A stretch of 63,851 nt of DNA, counting the filler, from Octopus bimaculoides (lineage: Eukaryota): the NCBI RefSeq assembly GCF_001194135.2. It is 6 parts of 6 records of this genome, joined end to end, with 100 filler letters (N's around TTAATTAATTAA, not from the genome) between each part and the next. Parts side by side here need not be neighbours in the genome. Positions count along the whole stretch, not along the records: positions 1 to 17,160 come from NC_068989.1; 5 more parts are not named here. One strand, given 5' to 3'. Made by a program: the position numbers and the translations under genes. Each line of letters starts with the position of its first letter. Within the stretch, counting starts at the first letter, position 1. The notes below the pieces were generated by a model. That model was given only the letters and a program-made list of their open reading frames with translations. It was not told where the DNA came from and ran no database searches. Below, in pieces: positions 1 to 12,125 of the stretch.

Positions 1-58
<58 letters not shown>
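1..58. repeat. (GT)n microsatellite
   Basis: Pure GT dinucleotide run; one of dozens in the window. Confidence 0.98.
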
Positions 59-61
<3 letters not shown>

Positions 62-959
62 AATGCATGCGTGCGAGTGTATATATAAACTACATAAGGA
101 ATACGAAAGACAAAACCTATGACACTGACTATGGTTGCTCTTTTCTGCAACTGTAAAGACAACAACAGCATCCGCAAAAGCAGTCGTAACAGCGGCACCA
201 CCACCACCACAACTGACAGCCCAACCACCAATATAAAACATTTCTACATTGACCATATCGGTAACAACAACAATGACAACAATGATGCTTTTGAACGATA
301 ATGTTTTTTAACAGCTTCACTTGCCACAAGTCAGCTCCTATCACATTCTATATATTCTTCATTCAGACTATCCATATCATGAGGAACCAAGAGAATCCTT
401 TCTTTGTACGGAAACCTTCATCCAGCTTGTTTTATACGAGGCACGTTTTAGTTAAACAAAACCCCTTAGACGCCGTATCTAATTTCTACCAGTTCTTCTA
501 ACAATGTTTTCTTTCTATTATTTTTGTGCCTCTCTAAAAGAAATTCTTGAGACCACAATGTATAAAACATTTCCTAAGCATTTAATAAACGTTGATACAC
601 AAATATTTGTATATCGGATTACTAGAACAAAATTTTACTTTCACTTTGACCTTTACTTTTATGGCCTTTAATAATGATTATCTTCCCCCCTTAGACCAGA
701 CAGATCTGCATCAATGTTGCTGCAAATTCAAAAATAAGATCCATACCTTTAGTAAATTTAAAATTAATTTCTGATTACTCAAACAATTTTGTTGTACGTT
801 TATGCAAAGTGAAGTAAAAAAAAATCTATAGCAAATCTTATCTAGAAGTTCGAATAGTTTGTAGTTAAAGATAAAAGATGGAAATATGCTTAAAAAGATG
901 TTTGTGTTGAAATTATTTTATTCCGCTTCTCTTCCTATATCAGAAATGTCAGTGCATAA

Positions 960-1330
960 GGTACAAAGTTTGTGTATATTGTTGGTTCATTGCAGTCTGG
1001 TGTTACCCCAAAAACCAAAGAGTTCTACCCACCCCTGCAAGTATTACTACAATGAGAAGAAAATATAACTTATTAATGCATTTCCGTGTAAGAACAGAAG
1101 CTGTTATATCAATTATTGATTTTAGATGGAATGGTCCTTCGCAAACCATCACAATTATAGCGTGTGATAAAACAACTGTATGGAGAAGCTACATTGGAGG
1201 ATAACATTTGGAAACAATTGGTTCTTCAAATACTCCCAACAAACGTGCAATTGATCATCATTTGTAAATCAGTGGATCTTTCTGCTATGTCGTTTACTAA
1301 TCTTGTTGACGAAATACAGGTAATGCTGTT
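960..1330 (+). mobile_element. Degenerate Ty3/Gypsy gag fragment (DUF7041-like)
   Basis: Translation with stops and frameshifts gives TKFVYIVGSL...LRKPSQL*RVIKQLYGEATLEDNIWKQLVLQILPTNVQLII...LVDEI. This matches the Gypsy gag pattern as I recall it (KPSQLLRRM..L.G....D..L..LFLQRLP.NVQ.IL....LAD.I). Confidence 0.7.
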
Positions 1331-2459
1331 ACCTTTGTACTTCCGTATAAGTAGTCTTTTCTGTACAGACCCATATTTCCGGTGAAATATGACGACCATA
1401 TATTACAGCTCTTGAAGCAAACTTCACCAATGGGGAGTACGAAATCTGGCGTGCAAGTTTAGACACGAAGGTGAATGATATCGAGAATGCAACTCACATT
1501 GCGAAAATTTCTTAATTTTTCACGAGACACTTGACATGATGGTCATGAATGCTGGTTGCTGGTTCTACTCGAGGTAGGATGTCAATTGCCCATTATTATA
1601 GATATTGCAATTCTTACTCCTTCGACATGTGGAAATGACAACATAAAAATGCGTTTAAACTCCAGTCGACTATTTCATACTGAAGACTGATAAGTTAACG
1701 CCTTTTGATTGACTAATGCATCACAGTGACTGTCTAACGCTTTTCGCCACCTGAGAAATCCAAGTTCCATTGTCATTGCATCAATCATTAACCCTGAATC
1801 TTGGCTTGCATCGCTAGTTCAAGTGTATCTTTCTCTTGCACTGGTTTTGATGTTGATTTTGTTAGGGATTTCTGCCAAATGACAAAAATGTTTGTGAACG
1901 GATAATCATAGGTGCAACCAAACGCCAACAAACCATCGCAGCGTGACCGCTTGGCCTCTACATTCAGTTTTCAAGTAACAGCCACGACATACGTCACCAA
2001 TTAGTCCTCAGTATACACGTTCTAGAGTGAAAGTATGTTACAAGCTTTTATTTATAGCTTTATATATACTTCGAGAACCAATTCCTAGCCAGAGTTCCTG
2101 TAAGTACTCTCGAAAGTTTACGAAATATATTTGTATTTAAGCACATATGCAAATGCATGAAATCATTCAAAGTAGTTTTTGTGTGATTTTATGACTATTA
2201 TGTCATACATGGACCCATATGCATACATTCTGGTATACATCTGTTGGTGTGAATGTGTCAGTATGTTTTAATACTAATGCCTGTGTGTGTATGTGTGCGC
2301 GCGCGCGTACGTTTCTGGATGTGTATATAGATATCATATATCATATTATATTATAATATTACATTGTATTTTATTCGGTGGGCCAAAAGTCACGCACAAA
2401 ATAGGTTCAATACGCTCCGGAAGTGTCAAAGACATGCTTCAATTGTTCTATATATATAC

Positions 2460-2538
<79 letters not shown>

Positions 2539-2544
2539 TGTGTC

Positions 2545-2735
2545 TGTGTCTGTGTTTGTCGCCCCGCCATTGCTTGACAACTGATATTGGTGTGTTTATG
2601 TCCCCGAAATTTAGCGGTTCGGCAAAAGAGACCGATAGAATAAGTACTAGGCTTACAAAGAATAAGTCCTGGGGTCGATTTGTTCGACTAAAGGCTCCAC
2701 CATGGTCTCGGTCAAATGATTGTAACAAGTAAAAA
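2545..2735 (+). mobile_element. SINE family A, 3' half
   Basis: TTAGCGGTTCGGCAAAAGAGACCGATAGAATAAGTACTAGGCTTACAAAGAATAAGTCCTGGGGTCGATTTGTTCGACTAAA, near-identical to 9880-9965. Confidence 0.9.
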
Positions 2736-2792
2736 AATAAATAAATATATACGTGTGTGTGTGTGTCTGTTTGTGTATCTGTGTGTGTATGT

Positions 2793-2832
<40 letters not shown>

Positions 2833-3009
2833 GTCGGATCTACACATGTGTATGCGTGCCTCTATAGCTATCACTATATACAATTTGCTATATATAAACA
2901 CATATGTATGAGTGTTCGAATGTATAATCCAACATCTGTGTGCGCATGTATGCGTGTATGTGTGTGTATGCGTGCGCGTGTGTGTGTGTATGTGTGTGTG
3001 TATGTGTGT

Positions 3010-3051
<42 letters not shown>

Positions 3052-3391
3052 ACGCCGTTGCTTACCGCTATTTTGATATGTATGTCAGTGCTGGTGTCAT
3101 TACAGAGAGCGACAACAGCTGCACATCCATCAGGGACTCTGTCATCTCAAGCAGATTCCACTAGTATAAACATGTTGTTACTGCACCCACCACTCAACCG
3201 GCCAACCACCCTTGGCTTGCTCACTCCCTTATTCACTGTGATAGTGAGGTGGTGGTGGTGGTGGTGGTGCGAGGATGAGGGTTGAAAGGGGAATGGGAAG
3301 GAAACTCTCATCAATTATAAGCAGTACTGAGTCACTCATGAATATCCATGAGCCGACCCTCAATGTCTGGTGTGTTTTGTTTGTTTGTTTG

Positions 3392-3445
<54 letters not shown>

Positions 3446-4576
3446 CGAAATATGTACAAGGATATATGGAGAGCTATATAGATAGATAAGAAAATTTAAA
3501 TGTGTATNNNNNNNNNNNNNNNNNNNNNNNNNNNNNNNNNNNNNNNNNNNNNNNNNNNNNNNNNNNNNNNNNNNNNNNNNNNNNNNNNNNNNNNNNNNNN
3601 NNNNNNNNNNNNNNNNNNNNNNNNNNNNNNNNNNNNNNNNNNNNNNNNNNNNNNNNNNNNNNNNNNNNNNNNNNNNNNNNNNNNNNNNNNNNNNNNNNNN
3701 NNNNNNNNNNNNNNNNNNNNNNNNNNNNNNNNNNNNNNNNNNNNNNNNNNNNNNNNNNNNNNNNNNNNNNNNNNNNNNNNNNNNNNNNNNNNNNNNNNNN
3801 NNNNNNNNNNNNNNNNNNNNNNNNNNNNNNNNNNNNNNNNNNNNNNNNNNNNNNNNNNNNNNNNNNNNNNNNNNNNNNNNNNNNNNNNNNNNNNNNNNNN
3901 NNNNNNNNNNNNNNNNNNNNNNNNNNNNNNNNNNNNNNNNNNNNNNNNNNNNNNNNNNNNNNNNNNNNNNNNNNNNNNNNNNNNNNNNNNNNNNNNNNNN
4001 NNNNNNNNNNNNNNNNNNNNNNNNNNNNNNNNNNNNNNNNNNNNNNNNNNNNNNNNNNNNNNNNNNNNNNNNNNNNNNNNNNNNNNNNNNNNNNNNNNNN
4101 NNNNNNNNNNNNNNNNNNNNNNNNNNNNNNNNNNNNNNNNNNNNNNNNNNNNNNNNNNNNNNNNNNNNNNNNNNNNNNNNNNNNNNNNNNATGTATGTAT
4201 GTATGTATGTATGCATGCATGCATGTATGTATGTGTTTATGTATTGCGTTCGTACGTACGTGTGTATGTGTGTATGTATGTATGTTTGTATGTATGTATG
4301 CACAGAAACACAGAAGTGATGCTAGTGACTAAGAGAAAGGACTGCGTCAGTACATTCTGGAAGACATTATCGGCAATAATATGTCGTTGAATTCCTTCCT
4401 GAAAGTGGATCCCGAACGAAATGCTCGAGTTTGGCGCCATACAAGGGATTAACTCCTTAACCTGAATCCGTTTTTGTCTTGTGAACATCATTCCTGCAGA
4501 TGAACGTTTCGTTAAACATATTCACAAATTCAAACATTGTCGAGAGTCAGTGGTTTAATGCAGATTGTATTAACTA

Positions 4577-5124
4577 CTAACTTAAAAGACGCACTCCTTG
4601 CGGGCTTTTACGATAGCTCCCGCAGAGGGCTAATTCGGCCTGCGGTCCAAAAACTGTAGAGAGCGAAATAGCATGACTACAATACGTCTATAATAACTAT
4701 ATGCCCGATGGTGTTTGATCAGGTGTTAAAGACAGATGAGAATTAATTCTCTAATGGAATCATTCTATTGTTCCAGTCCCAAGTTGGATTCCAATTGTTG
4801 GCCAATTTGTTCCAAAGTTCTATCATGACGTAAAATTAACGAAGTTTATGTCACTTATCTCCCCCTTGATCTCTAACGTCATCTGACGAACGCCAACCAA
4901 GATGACCTGAATCAGCCAAGCTGATAGAAATAGCAACCCGAATGCTTTTAAATCAGATGCCAATGCTGGATGTTCAAGAACTAAATGAAGGGCGAATTTT
5001 CAATGCCGGGACCCTGATTCCAAAAAGGTATAATATGTCTATGCAAAGCAAATGTAGGTTCAGATATAGTGGGGGGGGGGGGGTCCCAGACGGACAGACA
5101 GAATTTCGCTTTTATTATTACAGA
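4577..5124 (-). mobile_element. Non-autonomous Helitron copy 1
   Basis: Minus strand begins A|TCTGTAATAATAAAAGCGAAATTCTGTCTGTC (Helitron-type 5' TC end). It ends with a GC hairpin (4584-4609) + TTTTAAG + TTAG|T (CTAG-like). About 320 bp align with copy 2. Confidence 0.7.
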
Positions 5125-5723
5125 TTAGAGTCTCGACAGCGTCGTTGTGACTTTCAATATCCGATGTTTTAAGCAGGTTAGACTATTGCTCCAAATAATG
5201 GTGTTTAGTATCCATGACCACACCACAGTCCATTGACTGCAGAGAGGGCAAAAAGCTTCCGTTGAAAACAAAATCGAAATTGGCGATCTTAAGTACTTAA
5301 AACGCTTTTCATATCACGTCTTGAATTCTCGAAACGCCAATGGGGATCATGGGTGACAAAGAAAGCATCATCCGTCTATGGAGAGTTTGATTATGAGTTT
5401 CTGTCAGAAATTCTTTATTATTGCTGTTACCAGTAAAGAATTTAGTACATACAAATGTTTGATCAATGACAGTCGCTATAACTAAGGCACGCCCAGACAG
5501 ACACCCAGACACTTACACTAAAAAGTGAAAATGCATTTCATTTCAAAAATAGTTTCTTTGTAAGATATCAAAGTGGTCAGAAGCTGCATTGAAATAATGT
5601 TAGTCGTCATTAAGTTTCGGTGTATGGCTGTTTCCCGTCAAATATATCTTTCTACGAATGTATCTCGATGTATTCCGATGTCCATATAACTATATATATA
5701 TATATATATATACACGTGTATAT

Positions 5724-5774
<51 letters not shown>

Positions 5775-5796
5775 CATATAAATGTATGCACATATG

Positions 5797-6244
5797 TATA
5801 TATATAAACGTGAAATTCTGTCTGTCTGGGACCCCTGTATCTCAGTCTATATTTGCTCTTCATAGACATATTATACCTTTTTGGGATCAGGATGAACCCA
5901 GGATTGAAAATTTGTCCTTCATTTGGTTCTTGAACATCCAGCATTAGTATCTGATTTAAAAGCATTTGTGTTGATATTTCTAGCAGCCGATAAAGCTTGG
6001 CTGATTCACGCCATCGTCGTTGGCGTTTATCAGATGACGTCAGAGATCAAGGGGGGAGATAAATGACATTAATTTCGTTAATTTTACATCGAGATAATAA
6101 CTTAGGGTCAAATTAACCAATAGCTGGAATCAGGCCGCCCGGCCCTAAGGTTGCTGACGCCTCACGCAAGCTGAACTTCGGTGTGTACAAGCTGACGGTC
6201 TTGAAAATTTCCCTGTCCGCACTCCCTGCGGACTTTTAAGCAAG
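5797..6244 (+). mobile_element. Non-autonomous Helitron copy 2 (inverted relative to copy 1)
   Basis: 5812-6130 is the reverse complement of 4788-5107. 3' hairpin GTCCGCA-CTCCC-TGCGGAC (6215-6233) is followed by TTTTAAG-CAAG|T. Confidence 0.7.
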
Positions 6245-6261
6245 TATTCTTTTTTCTTTTC

Positions 6262-6412
6262 TTTTTCATTTGTTTCAGTCATTTGAATGCTGCCATGCTG
6301 GAGCAGCGTCTTTTGTCGAATAAATCGACCCCAGTACTTACTTTTTGTAAACCTAGCACTTATGCTATTGGTTTCTTTTACGGGGACGTAAACACACTAA
6401 CATCGGTTGTCA
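6262..6412 (-). mobile_element. SINE family A, 3' half running into gap
   Basis: Reverse complement of the family A tail (TTTGTTTCAGTCATTTGA...GCCATGCTGGAGCA...AATCGACCCCAG). Confidence 0.85.
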
Positions 6413-6846
6413 NNNNNNNNNNNNNNNNNNNNNNNNNNNNNNNNNNNNNNNNNNNNNNNNNNNNNNNNNNNNNNNNNNNNNNNNNNNNNNNNNNNNNNNN
6501 NNNNNNNNNNNNNNNNNNNNNNNNNNNNNNNNNNNNNNNNNNNNNNNNNNNNNNNNNNNNNNNNNNNNNNNNNNNNNNNNNNNNNNNNNNNNNNNNNNNN
6601 NNNNNNNNNNNNNNNNNNNNNNNNNNNNNNNNNNNNNNNNNNNNNNNNNNNNNNNNNNNNNNNNNNNNNNNNNNNNNNNNNNNNNNNNNNNNNNNNNNNN
6701 NNNNNNNNNNNNNNNNNNNNNNNNNNNNNNNNNNNNNNNNNNNNNNNNNNNNNNNNNNNNNNNNNNNNNNNNNNNNNNNNNNNNNNNNNNNNNNNNNNNN
6801 NNNNNNNNNNNNNNNNNNNNNNNNNNNNNNNNNNNNNNNNNNNNNN

Positions 6847-6906
<60 letters not shown>

Positions 6907-7266
6907 GTGTGTGTGCATGTGTGTGTATGCATGCACACGCTTATGTATCGATGTATTTATATATTTACGTCTGTATATCTTTGCGCTCGAGTTTATCCCC
7001 CAACTTCACTTCACATCCTGTGTTGGTTTGTTGATATTCCAGTAAATTAATGGTTCGGGAAAAAAAATAAACAAAAAGAAAACGGTAGAATAAATTCCAT
7101 GCTTAGGAAAATGAATGAGAACGATTTGCTTGACTAAACTCCTCCAGGTGTTGCTCCAGCATGGCTGTAATCCAAGGCCTGAAACGGGTAAAAGAGATGA
7201 TAATGCATACATTCTATCATACATACTTACACTTGCATACAGACAAGCTTAAAACACACACACACG

Positions 7267-7312
<46 letters not shown>

Positions 7313-7353
7313 AATATATATGTGTGTATGTGTGTGTATTTATATTTATATTC

Positions 7354-7394
<41 letters not shown>

Positions 7395-7404
7395 NNNNNN
7401 NNNN

Positions 7405-7465
<61 letters not shown>

Positions 7466-7956
7466 ACACACATATATACATAAATTAACATACACACACA
7501 CACACACACACACGTACACACACATACATACACTTCGCTACGTAGAAATATATATTACTGCACACACAATTATATAGCAACGAGTACACATATTTCGTAA
7601 TATATTGTATATATGTATGCAAATAGGTAGATATACGATTTATAATATATGTAAATATACGTGGATAGATTTATATAAGTGTCTAAACTAAGAAACGCAA
7701 TCACACACGTACACAATCAGGCCTGCACATGAGAGCGAATCACCGACACTTTTTAACAACCATATGCAGAACCTGGAGGTCGATCTCTGACCAACGATGC
7801 GTCAAACTTGTCCGACATAAAATCTGAATGATCGTCTGCATCAGTGAGTCAATTATGACAAACAGTAAGAACGCGGTTGTGTGTTTGAAAGGCCGCTAAC
7901 GATCTGGAAGTGTATGTATGTATGTATGTATGTATGTATGTATGTATGTATGTATG

Positions 7957-7995
<39 letters not shown>

Positions 7996-8112
7996 GTGTG
8001 TGTGTGTGTGTGTGTATCTATATATGTGTGTGTGCGTGTATGTATATATGTATATGTATATGTGTGTATGTGTAAGGGTGTTGGTTATTTCCTCACTAGC
8101 ATATATGATACA

Positions 8113-8131
8113 GATAGACAGACAGACAGAC

Positions 8132-8164
<33 letters not shown>

Positions 8165-8165
8165 C

Positions 8166-8202
<37 letters not shown>

Positions 8203-8205
8203 CAG
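8113..8205. repeat. (GACA)n/(GATA)n tetranucleotide microsatellite
   Basis: Direct inspection. Confidence 0.95.
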
Positions 8206-8572
8206 AGAAACACTACATACTCACATACATACATGCATATATATATACATACGTACGTACATACATACATATATACATGTTTGTAAAGCTATATATGTGT
8301 TTGCATGTGCATGCCTACATTATATGTGTATATGAATGCATACATACAATGCACGAATTCACACACATATATACATATATACACACATATACATGCATAA
8401 CCACGCAAACATATGCATACATATGTGTATATAAACGTATATATATATGTATGTATAATGTATGTATGTATGTATGTATGTATGCATGTATGTATGTGTA
8501 TGTATATATACATATGCACGCAGATATATACGCACACACAGTAAGAGAGGGAGTAAAGAGTGTCACTGTGTC

Positions 8573-8655
<83 letters not shown>

Positions 8656-9346
8656 GTGTGTGTGTGCGCGCGTTTATTTGTGTGTGTATTTACGTGTTTG
8701 TTCCAATCTGTGTAATAGATATTGGCAACCAATTCTTCCATATTTCACGCTATGAAACACAGACAAAATCCACCGCTGAAGCCTATTTAAAATTTAGATT
8801 TGTAAGTTGATGTAACAGCTCTATTATTAGAAGACAGGAACCGAAAACATGTGAATAAATACAGAAAAATTGATGGAATAGAAACATATTTACAATATAA
8901 CTCTGAGTAGCGTTGACCTCTGTACAGCGGTTCATTTCGTGCGTGAAGTATTTCCAGTTCATTTGCGTTGTTTAATGCCTTTGTGGGAGAGGCATGACCA
9001 ACGCGAATTCACATTTATCTCTCCTTAGATAAGAGGTGGTGATGAAGAATTGGTCAATGTTTATGTTCTAATTTTCATTCGGGTTTTAAAGGCATGAGTT
9101 GTACACACAAGCTCATATGTATACATATGTTTATGTGTGTGTGCGTGTATCAATGAAAATAGCCAATGAGATCCGTGAATATAGAGTCCAAAAAAGTACG
9201 AAGATCCAGTGGTAATCCGGGTGAGATGCTCGTATGTGGATGACGAGAGGAGCTGAAATGTCTGGAAGTGTTTAAGGTATGCAATTCCAAAAGAGTGGGA
9301 ACTTCAATCAGGATCAAGCTGGGGTAACCACGTGAGCGTATAATAT

Positions 9347-9586
9347 ATAGTTCAAATTTATAGAAAAACAAAGACGAAGATAGGTGTAGGAACAACAAGC
9401 AAGTGTACTGAAAACAACACGTATTTTTCATTCTCTCTCTATTTATTTCTTCGTAATCTTTTCTGTCGAAGAGCGTAGGCTCGAAACGTAAAATACTTTT
9501 TCATTTTTCCCGAGTGTCAAACTAATACACTTGTTTGTTTTTTCTACACCTGTCTTCGGCTTTGTTTTTCTATAAATTTGAACTAT
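9347..9586 (+). mobile_element. Penelope-like LTR fragment with 61-bp inverted repeat
   Basis: 9347-9407 and 9526-9586 are near-perfect reverse complements. The spacer holds a hammerhead-like motif, a hallmark of Penelope-like element LTRs. Confidence 0.55.
9460..9493 (+). ncRNA. Minimal hammerhead-like motif with variant core (CUGUCGA)
   Basis: TTT-CTGTCGA-A-GAGC-GTAG-GCTC-GAAA-CGT-A-AAA: 4-bp stem II, palindromic ACGT stem III, GUA triplet, 3-bp A-U stem I. Core position A6 is U. Confidence 0.45.
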
Positions 9587-9597
9587 CTACATATATA

Positions 9598-10020
9598 GGC
9601 GCAGGCATGGCTGTGTGGTAAGAATCTAGCTTCCCAGGCATATGTTTCCGAGTTCAGACCCACTGCGTGGCACTTTGGACAAGTGTCTTCTACTACAGCC
9701 TCGGGCCGACCAATGCCTTGTGAGTAGGTTTGGTAAACGGAAACTGAAAGAAACCCGTCGTGTGTGTGTATATATATATATATAGGGGGGGGGGGATTGT
9801 ATTCGTGTGTGTGTCAGTGTCTGTGTTTGCCACCCTGCCATCGCTTGACAACCGATGCTGGTGTGTTTACGTCCCCAAAACTTAACGGTTCGGCAAAAGA
9901 GACCGATAGAATAAGTGCTAGGCTTACAAAGAATAAGTCCTGGTGTCGATTTGTTCGTCTAAAGGCGGTGCTCCAGCATGACTGCAGTCATATGAGTGTG
10001 ACAAGTAAAAGAATAAAAGA
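9598..10020 (+). mobile_element. SINE family A, full length
   Basis: tRNA-like head (A box TGGCTGTGTGGT, B-box-like GAGTTCAGACCC), CORE-like CACTTTGGACAAGTGTCTT, internal (TG/TA)n spacer, 3' domain, and a TAAAAGA-repeat tail. Confidence 0.92.
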
Positions 10021-10051
<31 letters not shown>

Positions 10052-10254
10052 GTCATTTTCTTTTATTCTTTTATTTGTTTCAGTCATTAGACTGCGGCCA
10101 TACTGGGGCAGTGCGTTTAAGAATGTGTAACCAGATAGATAGACAGACAGACAGAGGTTGCTTATGACTTCTAGCGAATGTAGTTGAATGAATGCAATGT
10201 GGTTTAAGCCCTGCTAATATAATGTCTTCTGATTAGAATGAGTCGGGTTGAGTA

Positions 10255-10463
10255 TTATTATTTTCTACTCTAGGCACAAGGCCCGAAATTTGGTGGGAGG
10301 GGCCAGTCGACTAGTACTTAATTACAACTGGTACTTAATTTATGGACCCAGAAAGGATGAAAGGCAAAGTCGACCTCGGCGGAATTTGAACTCAGAACAT
10401 AAAAACAAACGAAATACCGCTAAGCATTTCGCCCGGCGTGCTAACGTTTCTGCCAGCTCCCCG
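10255..10463 (-). mobile_element. SINE family B
   Basis: Reverse complement of GAGCTGGCAGAAACGTTAGCACGCCGGGCGAAATGCTTAGCGGTATTTC...GAGTTCAAATTCCGCCGAGGTCGACTTTGCCTTTCATCC; recurs more than 12 times in the window. Confidence 0.92.
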
Positions 10464-10826
10464 CTGGATGAACGTTATTGAGAAAATGTAAAGACAGGTT
10501 AAAGTTGACCGCCTGCAACATTTATTTCCGACCTTAAAGTGAAATGCATCAACTGGCATAACAAGTAGAACTCTGTTAAAAATATTACATGGTTTCAAAA
10601 TGTTTTTTGGGGTTGAAGATAAAGCGCAAATTATAGCGTTAACGATTCTGGTTACAGATCTCTTCTTGTTGACGCAGCGAAGTCGTATAAACTGCTTTCA
10701 TGTCGAAGCTCAAAAGAATCGTCTGTAATTACAACGAAATATTAAGGTCAGCACAAAAATGTTGGTTTATCATGCATTTGTATTGTGCATCTTTGCTTAT
10801 TCGGCGGAAACATGGACTGTTCACAA

Positions 10827-11158
10827 CAGTGGTTCTCAACCGAGTCCATATAAGATTTTTGGGGTTCATGCAACAAAATAATAAATTGGGGGCTCACAAA
10901 AGTATTTCAAGGGCTCCTTAAAAATGTTTGCTTTAGATGTACGTATTGGTATGTATTGTAAGAAACAGTTAGGTTACTTTCTCAAACATTTTACATAGTT
11001 CAACCTACACAAATTAATGGGTGAAAAACAAAATAGGAATTTTGAAGGAAATTTCTATAAAACTAGTTTTTAAACATCGAATTACTATGGGGGGTCCACC
11101 AGAATAAAATGGTAATCAAAAAGGTTTAAAGATAAAAAAAAATGTTTGATATCCCCTC
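10827..11158 (+). mobile_element. Probable hAT (Charlie-type) MITE
   Basis: Starts CAGTGGTTCTCAACC (typical hAT-Charlie TIR). Degenerate right end TGTTTGATATCCCCTC. Confidence 0.45.
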
Positions 11159-11420
11159 GTGTAGACCTCGATAAAATTTGATCATGAGGATGACAACTAC
11201 CATCACTACCCCAACGACAACGACGGTAACCACAACGATAAACCCGTCGTCGTACTTTCTGGAAGACTTTGTCTCAAACAACACTTCGATGCACTGAGAA
11301 TATTGTCTTTTAATCTGGAATCATCGCAAAGATGGGTGTTCGGTAAACTAAAATCATTACACATGATCTGATATTACCACTATCCATACTGATGCATAAA
11401 ACATTTATAATATATACACG

Positions 11421-11472
11421 TAATATATGCACATAATATATGCACATAATATATGCACATAATATATGCACA
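11421..11472. repeat. 4 x 13-bp tandem repeat TAATATATGCACA
   Basis: Four exact consecutive copies. Confidence 0.95.
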
Positions 11473-11619
11473 TAATCAAATATACGATACGTATCATTTA
11501 TTGTACTGCAGCTAATGTTTTGAACACGATCCAGTGCATGGCTAATGTTGAGATTATGTTGATGCGTTATACGGCTAGTGGTAGCTGTTACTATTGGTGT
11601 TGTTTAACATAAGGTCAAC

Positions 11620-12125
11620 TCTTATCGAGCAGATCTGTGATATAAAAGCGTTCCAACTGTGACCATTGCGTGTTCTTGTATATCTGAAACTATAAGCAGG
11701 CCTATGATCAACGACGTTCTAACCGTGACCATTTTGCGCTTTTGTATACTTACGACTATTCTAGTTTCAAATATTGGCACAAGGCCAGCAATTTTAGGGC
11801 GTGAATAAGTCGATGTAATTCACCCCAGTGTTCAACTGGAACTTATTTTATGGACCACAAAAGAATAAAGCGCAAAGTCGACTCCAGCGAAATTAGAACT
11901 CAGAGCGTAAAGAATACCGCTAAGTATTTTACCTGGTGTGCTAACGATTTTGTCAGATCGTTGCCTTTATATCTATCTTCAGTTATATTGCTCTAAAGGA
12001 GCAAAGGCATTCCAATTGTGACCATTCCGTGCTTTCGTACATCTACAATTATATTGCCACAATCGAGCTGACTTAGGATGAAAAGCATTCTAGCTGTGAT
12101 CATTTCGTTCGTTTTCTATGCCTAT
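11620..12125. repeat. Degenerate ~68-bp tandem units (4 copies) split by a SINE-B
   Basis: Core GC(G/A)TTC(C/T)A(A/G)(C/T)TGTGA(C/T)CATT recurs near 11648, 11716, 12008 and 12086. Confidence 0.7.
11762..11965 (-). mobile_element. SINE family B
   Basis: Diverged copy of the family B consensus. Confidence 0.85.

Noticed and set aside
300-540. Minus-strand fragments faintly like a pogo/CENP-B HTH
   Set aside because: Needs several frameshifts and gives no diagnostic motif.
3105-3243. GC-richer island with an acceptor-like CATTACAG (ESDNSCTSIRDSVISSRFH* or RATTAAHPSG...)
   Set aside because: Frame and donor are ambiguous and no homology is recognised; cannot support a call.
5300-5512. Minus ORF faintly like PIF1 helicase; plus-strand ILETP like endonuclease IV
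   Set aside because: Only scattered residues match and stops flank the motifs; not distinguishable from chance.
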